From contig NC_068981.1 in the NCBI RefSeq assembly GCF_001194135.2, forward strand, positions 67,028,817 through 67,090,481: DNA of 61,665 nucleotides, written 5' to 3'. Positions 1 to 10,329 of the stretch are shown here, piece by piece. Every line of letters starts with the position of its first letter. Position 1 is the stretch's first letter. The DNA is from Octopus bimaculoides. Lineage: Eukaryota. The notes under the pieces are model-generated. The model made no database searches. It saw nothing but the letters and a program-made list of their open reading frames with translations, and was not told where the DNA came from. The translations under genes were made by a program, and so were the position numbers.

Positions 1-245
1 TCCTATCATAGTAGGTGCCTTAGGTATAATAAAAAAATATTCAGACAAATACATAACAAAAATAGCAGGACTTACAAATATATATAACATACAGAAAATT
101 GCACTACTGGGTACTGCACACATCCTACGCAAAACACTTTCAATACAGTAAACATAAGAGCACCACAGCAAACCACAGCACATACCCAAGGCGCAGAGAG
201 CTGCGCTCGCTAGTGAAGTGAAAGCACGTTATAAAAATAAAACTA

Positions 246-248
<3 letters not shown>
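1..248 (+). mobile_element. 3' end (ORF C-terminus + 3' UTR) of an R4/Dong-type RLE non-LTR retrotransposon, family B
   Basis: The frame from 2 reads PIIVGALGIIKKYSDKYITKIAGLTNIYNIQKIALLGTAHILRKTLSIQ* (stop 149-151), typical of R4/Dong C-termini. The 3' UTR runs directly into (TAA)n. A near-identical copy is at 50824-51064. Confidence 0.85.

Positions 249-330
<82 letters not shown>
249..330 (+). repeat. (TAA)n microsatellite (tail/target of the R4-type element)
   Basis: Pure TAA run seen directly. Confidence 0.95.
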
Positions 331-334
331 TACA

Positions 335-536
335 ATAGCTCAAATAGAACTATCTTCACTCACAACATACATCATACATATACCCTATACAACTGGCATC
401 TAATAATCTGACACAACATAACTCTATCAACATATACCATACAATATTAAGGCCCAATAAAATAACAAGAATAATATTACATACATCTCAGGAACACGGA
501 AGTGCACCAAATCGCATGAAACTACAAATGGAAAGG
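335..536 (+). mobile_element. Probable 3' UTR of a second TAA-tailed retroelement
   Basis: A/C-rich unique segment between two (TAA)n runs, with composition like the family B 3' UTR. No ORF motif. Confidence 0.35.
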
Positions 537-604
537 TAATAATAATAATAATGATAATATTAATAATAATAATGATAATGATGATGATGATGATGATGAT
601 GTTG

Positions 605-660
<56 letters not shown>
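537..660 (+). repeat. Compound (TAA)n/(TGA)n microsatellite
   Basis: Seen directly. Confidence 0.95.
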
Positions 661-662
<2 letters not shown>

Positions 663-664
<2 letters not shown>

Positions 665-735
665 TCTAATTTTGACACAAGTCCAGCAATTTTGAGAGGA
701 AGGGTTAAGTCGATTACAACGACTTCGTACTTGAT
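663..735 (-). mobile_element. tRNA-SINE 3' fragment
   Basis: Reverse complement resembles the 3' body of the SINE at 21893-22078 (gatgtaatc...aaaattgctggccttgtgtcaaaa). Confidence 0.6.
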
Positions 736-1559
736 TGAATAATGTAAAAGTAATTTCCGCGCTCGAATAAAGAAAATGTATGGAATTTTATTGTGCTAAA
801 AATACAATGACATAATAAAGTAATAACGAAAAGTCTAAAAATGTTGAATAGCAAAAACGTCTTCTGAAACCTTCTAAATAAAAACTTGAATTCTATTTTC
901 TTCTTTTTTTTCCATGCGAAAGCAAAAGAGACTAGAATCTGTGTTGCCTCGGTCGCCCACATATTACAATACGAGTGAGAGAAAACTGGGTGAATAGAAT
1001 AAAGACATAGCAAGCGATACAGTATAGAAAATGCTACGTATAGCAACAAAATATCAACAAAACCAATTCCATTTGACCCAAAGCTGTAAATGACAAACGT
1101 AGTTTGAATCTAATAGAATGAAGCAGCTATACCCAAAAACCAACTCACAAACAAAAGCAACAAACGAGCCAGTGGCCATAGAAAACAAATGTGCTCTTAC
1201 GGAACGTCCAGCCTCTGACACTTCTGGCGATCAAAAGAAACAGAAAGCGATAAGAGATCGAAAGGCCAAAGAAGAATGCTTCCTATATAGGCAAATTATA
1301 TTTAACTAGTGTCAGCTGGATTATGCAGTTATTCAAAAATGTGAAAAGTAAAAGCCCTCACGGGTGAAAAAATTTGTATCAAAATTAAACTATACACCGA
1401 TATGTTCTTAATTCAAGTAAAATAGCCGAAATAGAAATATAGTATATAATCCAAGATACTATCTGAAAACTTTATGCTAACGCATGCAACACATACAAAA
1501 CTTGAATACATGCATCAGAAGTCAATAAACACTAAAACTTTTCAAATTATATAAATGGG

Positions 1560-2200
1560 GAGAAATAGAAATATAAGCTCTAACAGCATTTCGGCTATTT
1601 TTCTGCCAAGAATAACACGAAGGACATTAGACAACAGTTCAATATATAACAAAAAGCCTCGTTCGAAAAGCAAGCTTAAACAGATCTCTAGAAACCTTAA
1701 CTAATTACATGAGGGCACTAAGGGAAATCGTAGAAAGAGAAAGTAACACCAACTTTGAAGTAGCGAATAAATAAACTTACTCATTTACTGATATGATATC
1801 CATAGAGTACGGACATATTCTAGAGAGATCAGATGAAGCCTTTCACGAATACAGAAGAAAGGAAGGACGAAAGACAGAAAATTTATCCTTCAATAATAAG
1901 TAGAAGTAACAAAGAAAATTGAAATCTCTGAGAAAGAAACAGATTAAATTATTTCTTGGAGAAATAACATCAAGAGAAACGTTGAAGCCACATAAATAAG
2001 TGTGAGATTAAAATGAAAACCCCCAGCAACGGAACATCGCATCAAGCAGTTTGAAGGTGTGAGTGGTTCTTTAAAAATAAAGTGCCTTCTGGAAGTAACT
2101 CCTGAGTATTCTCTGGAAGAATTAATTTGTCGAAAACAGACAAATGAATTACTTAGGAAACTAAAATGTAAAAGTCAGGGTGTACCATAGAAAACAGAAA
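1560..2200 (+). mobile_element. Possible highly decayed Gypsy-like LTR retrotransposon relic
   Basis: SLETLTNYMRALREIVERE (about 1690-1740) resembles the gag ETLxxYxxxLRxL motif. GRINLSKT..MNYLG (about 2115-2160, frameshifted) resembles the RT C-terminus. Weak similarity by eye only. Confidence 0.25.
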
Positions 2201-2974
2201 TCTTCTACTTTGTGGTAACAATAAAAGTAGCACATATTACAAAGAAGACACAATAACAGTCGAAACAAAAGAACAAAATGAAAAATATATCAATGAAAGA
2301 AGTAAAATTAGCTTTTAAAAAAAATTTAGACATCTGAATCCGCGAAAATGCTAATAGGTTAAACATTTATTTACTGAAATATCTTACAAGTACACAAAAT
2401 ACTCTTGTGAGACCTTTCAACAATTTGGAAGGCTGACAGCCAACTGCAAGAAAATGATAGAAAAGTAAGACGTGTTCCACCTCTCACATTTTAAACATTG
2501 TAGAGTGTTTTGGGTGTAAGGACAAACTCCTGATTCTAAAAGAGAATGCTAGTAGAAAATAAACTGGCTGTGGAAATTTACTTGGCAAAATCCCAAAACT
2601 CCAGATATAGGACCTAATGTAAATAAATAGCATAGCCCCAACAAAAGCTACTAACAATAAGCTAAGTTTATATATTTCCGAATGAAACCCTTTATTTATA
2701 TTTCCCTGCACCGCATTGATTGTATTAAGGAATATACAGTAAATAATGTCGTCAATGGAGCGCCAGAAAATAATGTCTTGTATACAAATGACTTGAAACT
2801 ACACTCAAGAGATTACAATAAACAAGTGATTTTACTTCAAAGTGATTAAGGATTCAGTAACATTGTTAGTATGAACATAGAAAGAAAATTTAGTTAGCAC
2901 ACTGCTAAAATGAGAAAATTAGTTAAAACAATTTACGTTAAGATAAAGATCAAGAAAATACAGCCAGAAAAATA

Positions 2975-2982
<8 letters not shown>

Positions 2983-3022
<40 letters not shown>

Positions 3023-3294
3023 NNNNNNNNNNNNNNNNNNNNNNNNNNNNNNNNNNNNNNNNNNNNNNNNNNNNNNNNNNNNNNNNNNNNNNNNNNNNNN
3101 NNNNNNNNNNNNNNNNNNNNNNNNNNNNNNNNNNNNNNNNNNNNNNNNNNNNNNNNNNNNNNNNNNNNNNNNNNNNNNNNNNNNNNNNNNNNNNNNNNNN
3201 NNNNNNNNNNNNNNNNNNNNNNNNNNNNNNNNNNNNNNNNNNNNNNNNNNNNNNNNNNNNNNNNNNNNNNNNNNNNNNNNNNNNNNNNNNNNNN

Positions 3295-3345
<51 letters not shown>
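2983..3345. repeat. (TA)n - N gap - (CA)n microsatellite block
   Basis: Seen directly. The gap spans 3023-3294. Confidence 0.9.
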
Positions 3346-3346
<1 letters not shown>

Positions 3347-3829
3347 AGAAATAACAACATACACATACAGTAATTCTGCTTAGCCAGTAACCATATTCAT
3401 GTATGTGAGTGTGTGTGTGTTCGTAGCAATTTTGTGTTCATATCTAAGTATATTATGTTGTATGTGTGCCTAATTGTGTCCAACTATATATTTGAATATT
3501 TTCCAGATTAAAGAAATACTTCCTTCAAAGACACCGAGAAAGTACAAGATTTTATACCGGCACTCAACAGCGGTAAACAGCTGCAAGCTAATGAAATGGT
3601 TACGTAATTTTTCTCTTTTACTTTTTTATCATTAATTAATTGATATACTGACATCTGTATGATTTTTCGTTGAGTTTAATTTAAGTTCTTGAGAGAGTTC
3701 AAGCTGGTTTCTAACAAAGTAACAAAACTTAGATTTCCCGGTATATGTGAATATGTGTTTGAGTTGGTGTGTTGGTTGAAATGTAAATGCATACATCCAA
3801 GTATGTGCATCTATTTTCATAAGAATCTC

Positions 3830-5300
3830 ACATGGAGAATTTCTGGAAAGCCTTACAAATCTTCACTGTACAACTGATAAATTGGATTTAGAGAATCCGC
3901 GTCAACTTCTTTTCTCCTTTTCCGTGAAACTAAATATTTGTAGAGTTTTTTTGCAAATGTGTTGATACATAATACACCTATGATGATGAATACAAATGAG
4001 AATTCATAGAGTGCAAGATCTAAAAGTTCCGCATTAATTCGCCACAAATGTTCTCTTTTTCCTGGACTTTCGATTGTAAAATTCACATCGGTTGGGCAGC
4101 TGACCTTTAGAACAGTGCATGACTTTTTTTGCTCCCTGTCCCATAGAACAATATCAAGTCTGTTATGTTTGCACCGAATTGATGTTTTTATTGGGGTGAT
4201 CCACCAGCACTCCTTGTTTTTAAAGGTGTGAATACCTGCTGGTTCTGACATGCGTTTGGTGTATATTTATCCACTACGGACAGCATTGTAAATAGTCTAC
4301 GTAACTAATCATGCTTCAGGAGTAGATGGTATTTTGGGGAAGCTGATGATAATGTGGATAATAACGTCCACACTGTTATAGCAGAACCGACATTTTTTTT
4401 ATTACAGTGTGGAGGTTTGGTGGTAGTTTTGTCCTTTTTGTTTATCAGTAACTTAGCAGCTATCTCCTGTTCTTGGATAGCGAATTCATATCCTTCTCGG
4501 TGGGATGTAATGTAACTATCGCAGGTCCTGGAGAGGCTACGTTTCCTGTCAATGCTGTTGTTGCCCTCCAGCTTATGAGTTATGCACCTATGCATTGCTT
4601 TTTGATGGTATGATGCTTGCTTCTCCACTAAGCTTCTGTTTAGGTAGGTTAGCCCAGCTTCCTTTGCGTCAAACGAGACTGTTGTATTCTCAGAGTAACG
4701 GCACATCTGAAGATGTTGCTCTCACTTTGGAGTATTAATTTCTTTCTTTACTGTTCAGCGGGTATTGTCTGAGTGATACAATATGGCATTTAAAGGCTGT
4801 TTGGACTCACCTTATGCCTCTACCGCAATCACTTCATCTCATATAAATCCTATTGGTATCGCTGTTAATATGGAAGTTACCAGTGGTGGTCAGTACCTTT
4901 CTGGTTTTGATGTCCAGGAAGCGTATCTCATCGAGTGTCCAATCCAATATCCCAAATGTTGGCACTAGCACTGGTACGGCAAAAGCATTGTGAAATATAG
5001 TCTTGTCAAATGCAAATAACTCTGAGTTCCATACTTTTCGGAGTCTGCAGAAGTACTAGTCTGTTATTCTGGCTTTAGTCATAGCACCAATGTATGCAAC
5101 ATTCTTTTCGATTCCGATGTATTTGGAACTTTCATCATTAGAGATAGGGGAAATAGACAAGCCGTTGATGTAAATGTTCTCTGTCTGGTCGACAATATTT
5201 CCTCGGTCGACTATCATGTATGAGCTTTTATCTTGTCCAATTTCCATCCTTATATCTCGTGAGTTTGTTGTGACTGGCTCTGTCTCTTGATGTTGATCAT
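3830..5300 (-). mobile_element. Decayed R4-clade RLE non-LTR retrotransposon (RT C-part, CCHC region, RLE)
   Basis: The minus strand reads SRDIRMEIGQDKS...SSKYIGIEKNVAY (RT 6-7), EGYEFAIQEQEIAAK, ECWWITPIKTSIRCKHNRLDIVLWDREQK..VSCPTDVN (RLE PD-D/ExK region) and terminal TVKICKAFQK. Many stops and frameshifts. Confidence 0.85.
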
Positions 5301-5690
5301 ATTACCAGTATATAAGTTTAGGTCATTAGCATGTATGAATGTATGTGTGTATGTATGTGAGTTGTGTGTGTATCGCGTGTGTGTGTGTGTGTTCGTCTGT
5401 TTGTGTGTTTGCAAAATTACTGGAAAACGGCTTCATAAAATTTGGCAGCAATAATCATTGGGTAAGTGGCTCGAAGTCAGTAAATTTTGGTTTGATTATC
5501 TTCAAAGCTGGCGGATGGGTGAATCAAAATGTTTTTATTTCTTTGTTACACATGCATAAGCGAGAAGGGAAAACCACTTGATGTCATTTTGTTGAAATAT
5601 AAATTCGTCTGAAAATATCTTTATCAAATTAAATTGTATTCTTGTGTGTGCGCGGGGTGTGCAACGCCCCTTTGATGCCTTTTTGTTTAT
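5298..5690 (+). mobile_element. Helentron/DINE-1-like non-autonomous rolling-circle element
   Basis: A (TG)/(TCTG) microsatellite followed by gcaaaattactggaaaacggcttcataaaatttggc...aaattttgg, and a 3' GC hairpin GGGGTG-TGCAA-CGCCCC (5654-5670) just before a T-rich end. This matches the general HINE architecture. Confidence 0.5.
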
Positions 5691-5699
5691 CATTTTAAA

Positions 5700-6020
5700 A
5701 TGCGAACATTAACACAGTCACTAGAGGTTCCTTGTCTCTTCTTGAAAGATATAAATTTTCAAGCGAGTATATGGAACATCTTTTTGACGCGAAAATAGAA
5801 GGCTTGGTCTTAGAAAGGATCTTCCATTTGATGTTGTAGCTGACGTTGTCGCCCTTAAGTTTCCAGATTAATTCAAATGGCCCGTTGACTGTCCTTTCTC
5901 AGGGTGTCTGAAGATTTGAAGATGGTTGTTGTATCTAGATTTAGATTTCTTCCCACTGATCCACTATAATTTTTGGTTTCTGTTCGGCCGTTGCCATAGT
6001 TTGCTGTTACCTATGATTTG
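5700..6020 (-). mobile_element. Penelope-like element relic, GIY-YIG endonuclease domain
   Basis: The minus strand reads VTANYGNGRTETKNYSG / KSRYNNHLQIFRHPEKGQST / ELIWKLKGDNVSYNIKWKILSKTKPSIFASKRCSIYSLE, matching the PLE pattern YIG..KxRYxNHxxSF..IWxLK..YxIxWxIL..KRCxLC. Confidence 0.75.
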
Positions 6021-6084
6021 AGTATGTATGTATGTATTCCCCTCTCGAATTCACACGCTTATTGCTGTAGTCTTTCATTTTTTC

Positions 6085-6178
6085 TAAGCACTGTAAAAGA
6101 ACTCGGAAGGTCGAGTCTCCAGCCAGGCCTTTCGCGATACCTTTAAAGCCAGGAACTTTTCAGCACTCCCTCGTATGT
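6085..6178 (-). mobile_element. Mariner terminal fragment (TIR)
   Basis: Reverse complement is TA-CGAGGGAGTGCTGAAAAGTTCCTGGCTTT, a mariner-type end resembling the ends of the element at 56990-58209. Confidence 0.6.
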
Positions 6179-6331
6179 ATGTACTCACAGATACTCTGCT
6201 CATACCTACGCGCGCGCGCACGCACACACACACATACATGCACATGTATAAGACGCCTTGCAGTATTAACCCTTTCAAATATTTCTGCTAATTGCCGTAT
6301 TTGGATTTTCATATTTGTAGTAGGAAATCAA

Positions 6332-6770
6332 TTGGTACTTTGCCAGTATGGCTATCATGGCATTATTCTGCTGAAAAGCACAGATTTGCTGGTCAGTTAC
6401 TTGACCTTAATCAGTTGGGCATGTCCTTAGTGGCCGATGTCTGCATCTCTGATCAGGAGAAAGAGTAATTGGTGATCATCATAGCCATGCGGCGAGCGGA
6501 ATTCTTTGCACTTTGAATAATTCACTCCTGGAAACATGGGTGTTTCGTTCATTATCCTTAAACGGGCTTTTCAGCTGACGGGCTACTCGACTTGAAAATA
6601 TTCCAACTGGGCTCCACCTTCAAGGTCATGCACTGCTTATCTTCATATGAAGTAATCATGTCTCACATGTGGTTGTAACACATGTGCTTGGTGTACCCTT
6701 ATCAAACGGGTAATCATGATGAGAATGTTGGGCTTTATATATTTGTACCCCAGAGTCACTTTAACGGTGT
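6332..6770 (+). mobile_element. Repeat family A, copy 1 (non-coding; probably a non-LTR 3' UTR)
   Basis: Alignable by eye with 8810-9347 and 49570-49954 (cacagatttgc..gacc..accagttg..catgtcc..ggaaacatggg..cccacct..aaggtcatg..gtacccttatc). Confidence 0.75.
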
Positions 6771-6771
6771 G

Positions 6772-7240
6772 TGCTGCTTTTTCATTCGAATTCAAACCAC
6801 ATTTCGTGGTTCGCTACCTCAACAGCTCCTTTGCAGGATCCAGTGGCTAAAGACATCATCAGGAGGAACCACGTCAGGTTTTGACCCCTACTCCTCTACC
6901 GTTTTCGACGTGGCGGGGCCCCCCTTTCGGAGGTGTCTTCAACTCTGGTGTTGAGTGCGTTTCTCTTTTCTCCTTCTTTTTTGTTCTTTGGTTTCTTCGA
7001 TGCAACGCCAACGAATGTCAGCGGGCAAATGACCATGCTGCCAAACTACCCATTAAATATTCGCCGGTAGGCTTCAGCAGTCAGCACCAGCTAACTGTCA
7101 CGTGACACTGTCTAAACTTCAACTGACCAATGGAGGGGAAGGTCACATAGTTTTAGCCAGCGCCCTCTCTAAACCTGCCTTCCAACAGTGTCGTATTAAT
7201 TTCAGTTCCAGCAGCTAGAGTCGACCAGCTGTTTGGTGGT
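6772..7240 (-). mobile_element. GC-richer 5' region / ORF1-like start of an unidentified retroelement
   Basis: A GC-rich island with a disrupted basic, low-complexity frame (KPKNKKKEKRETHSTPELKTPPKGGPATSK...). No diagnostic motif. Confidence 0.3.
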
Positions 7241-8208
7241 ACAAGCCTTTTCTAACCAGGAAGAGGGCGTGTTATGAACGAGATCGCTACCTTGGCCCAC
7301 CTGTTAATCAGCAATGCTGCTTAAGTGCCAGCCAGCCTCATCTAGCGATGCTATTTCCCAGTCGGTATGTTATAGTTTTCAAACCATTTTGGGTCTTCTT
7401 GTTTCAACCACATATAGAAGCTGGCTTTGTCGACTGCCTCCTGTATCCTTATTACTTTTCTCAGCTCTGAGCTCGAAAATGTAAACCTTCTCTTAAATAA
7501 TGTCGCCATTTTCCTTTCAATGAAGCCCCTAACCCCCACTGCCAGGTGGTAATACCCGACAGTCCACCCCTGTTCTCCACACTCTTCGATTAATCTCTCA
7601 TACCTCTTCCCCTTCCCTTGCTCTGCATTAGTGATGTTCTCTTCTCATGTCACTCTCAGCTCTAGCAAAATTCCAATTTTCCGTTCTGTGTTCGGTCTTT
7701 TGTTGTTTTTATGAGTAGAAATATTAACAGTCTTTGCAAATCTGCGGCCAGCTCCCAGTATCCCTTCCATTTTCCTTCTGTGTCGTATACTTTATTTGAA
7801 GGCCTGGCCTTATGCCCTTTTCGCTCCTGGAAGTATATCCTTTCGCGCTTTTCTAGTTTTGAGTACTCTCCCTTATTATATCCCCCAATCTTCTCCTTGA
7901 GTGTTGCGATTATGACACCGAGGACTTAATTGTGACGCCATGTATATCTGTCTAGTGCTAGCCTGCATGTCTCACTGTCGCTTTCTCTCCGCATCTACAT
8001 TCATCAGTTGTTTGTATGTTCCACTGGACTAAATTCGCCGGTGAAGGTAAAACTTCGAAAGTAGACTTGATCAAGAAGGATGTTCTTGCTTGTTCTCAAA
8101 CCCAGAGTTCCTTCCATGAGATTCTGCAACTGACCATATATTCCTCCCAACTCAGGCATAATAATAATTTCCCCTCTCGGATTCACACACTTATTGTAGC
8201 AATCTTTC
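7240..8208 (-). mobile_element. HERO-type RLE non-LTR retrotransposon 3' portion
   Basis: The minus strand reads TDECRCGEKATVRH, ALDRYTWRHN*VL, WELAADLQR, KRPN..ILLEL, GKRYERLIEECGEQGW...AVGVRGFI...EAVDKASFYMWLKQEDPKW, which are characteristic HERO C-terminal motifs. Confidence 0.8.
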
Positions 8209-8218
8209 NNNNNNNNNN

Positions 8219-8731
8219 AGACACGGCGAGGTAGGCCAAAACCTCCGCTGGTTACTATGCCGTAAGTATGGATATAAGGTTACGGGTGCTTGGTACCAAC
8301 ATGTCCTGGAAAAGGTAATGGACGAAAAGGAGAAATCAAAATTCCTCTGGGACTTTGACTTCCAGACAGACAAGTTATTAGACCACTGAAGGCCGGATAT
8401 AGTAACTTTTAGGAGGGACAAACAAGAGTGCCTAATAATTGACGTGGCAGAGCCAGGAGATCAACACATCATAATGAAAGAAAGAGAAAAAGTTGATAAA
8501 TAGTGAGACCTGAGAATTGAGATCGTTAAGATGTGGCAGCTACGAGAGTCAAACATAAAGGTCATCCCTATTGTCATCAGAGTATTGGGTTCAATACCAC
8601 CTAATCTCAAAAAAAAACAAAAACATTTGAAAACTTTAGAAATACCCTAAAATCTAGGTGTATTGCAAAAGTTGGCATTACTTGGAACTACGCATATTCC
8701 GTAAAATACTGTGTTGTGACTTGACAAAATG
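8219..8731 (+). mobile_element. R4/Dong-type RLE retrotransposon 3' fragment
   Basis: Reads RHGEVGQNLRWLLCRKYG..WYQH..KFLWDFDFQTDKLLDH*RPDIV..ECLIIDVAEPGD..KVIPIVIRVLG..LQKLALLGTTHI, followed by (TAA)n. Confidence 0.9.

Positions 8732-8806
<75 letters not shown>
8732..8806 (+). repeat. (TAA)n microsatellite
   Basis: Seen directly. Confidence 0.95.
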
Positions 8807-8809
8807 GTA

Positions 8810-9347
8810 AATGCCCTGATGCAGTACCAAGCAATGGCTCTCATTGCTTCTGATCTTAAATGATTGGAAGTGTTATCATGTACATTGTTTTGTCTTGGTA
8901 TAAAAGATGGGCTACAGCAAATATTCTGCTCAATACCACAGATTTGCTTGTCAGTTGCTTGACCTTAACCAGTTGATCATGTTCCTTAGAGGCTGACGAT
9001 ATGTGCATCACTGATCACTAGCAGAAGTAGTGGGGGAGCATCAAAGCCATGTGTTGAGAGGAATTCTATGGGGTTTGGATAATTCACCTTTGGAAACATA
9101 AGTGTTTTGTTCATCATCCTTAAAACAACTCTTATTCAGCAACCTTTTGAGCGGTATGGGCTACTCGAAAATTCCAAATAGGCCCCCACCTTCAAGGTCA
9201 TATACTGTTTAATCTTGATATGAGATCACTTTGTCGCGCACCTATGGTTGGGATGCACGTACCTGTTGTACCCTAATCAGACGGTTGGTCATGATGGGTA
9301 TATTGGGCTTCGTATATTTTACCCCAGTGTCACTTTGATGGCAAAAA
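8810..9347 (+). mobile_element. Repeat family A, copy 2 (longest copy)
   Basis: Homologous to 6332-6770 and 49570-49954. Starts immediately after (TAA)n. Confidence 0.75.
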
Positions 9348-10329
9348 CTTGTAGATCTCAGCGGTGCAGCATAGCGAATGGTTAAAAAAAGTTTATATAT
9401 ATGTTATGTTTATGAATTTGTTTTCCAAGATTCCTGATGTGAAATTATGTGTTGAAACATATTGTTATATTTCGGGATGGTCATTTTGTTTTCTTGCCAA
9501 AAACAAAAAAGAAAAAAAAAAAAGCGCACGCACTATATATTCGTTCTTCTCTTCAGATTTATTATTGTTTGTATTTTATTGTTCATTGGCTATGTTTGTT
9601 TGGCAAGAAAAAAAATGACCGTCCCAAAATATAATCATATATATATATATTTATATATATGGTAAGAAAACTTCATAAAATTTTACCCCGAGGATTGCAT
9701 TTCTCATTTGGAAAATTGAAGCTGTGAATCTTGCGGTAAAAGTTAGTGAATCTTGCAGATAATAATTATGATAAAACGCTATTCTTTTTCTTCTCGTACG
9801 CGCAATCGTTTGTGCTTTAGTGTAAAGCGACTTACATGCACTAGTAGACACACATATAAGGTAGACAAGATATGAAAGATATGAATAAAGGAGAAATTTA
9901 AAATGCTATGTGAATTAGATTAGTATTTGGAAGAGAATCAAACGGAAAATAAACACAGCAATTAATGTAAACACAGTGGCTCTACTGACGACTAAGTGCA
10001 GTTTAAATATAATATATTTAAAATTAAGTGTGCAAAAATGATAATTCATAATGATGTATATTTACGAATAATACACACACACTGGGTTGGGGAGAGAGTT
10101 CATACAAACAGTGATGTGTTATACAATATCATTGCAAACATTTATTAGGGAAACAGAGAAGGTAGATTTTATATAGACTAAGTACCAATTAGGCATAATA
10201 AGGAGATTCGAAATATATAAGCAGGTGAAGACAACAGGACAAACGAATAGTTGATGTAAACAATAGAATAACTAAGGGAGAAAAAAGGCTAGACGATTTG
10301 AATAAAAAGAAGCAAATCTCTGTATGGTT

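Noticed and set aside
140-742. Poly-L/I/M ORFs (the same applies to 8647-8844, 39156-39462, 40043-40390, 50948-51139)
   Set aside because: They are translations of trinucleotide microsatellites.
2919-3383. Long ORFs with X runs and CV/HT/YI/SL repeats (also at 13.8-14.3, 22.1, 24.8, 32.0, 38.3, 43.5, 45.6-46.4, 47.7 and 49.8-51.0 kb)
   Set aside because: Artefacts of N gaps and dinucleotide repeats.
7975-8010. Minus-strand CTGATGA...GAAAG
   Set aside because: It lies in the HERO zinc-knuckle coding frame (TDECRCGEK) and has no stems.
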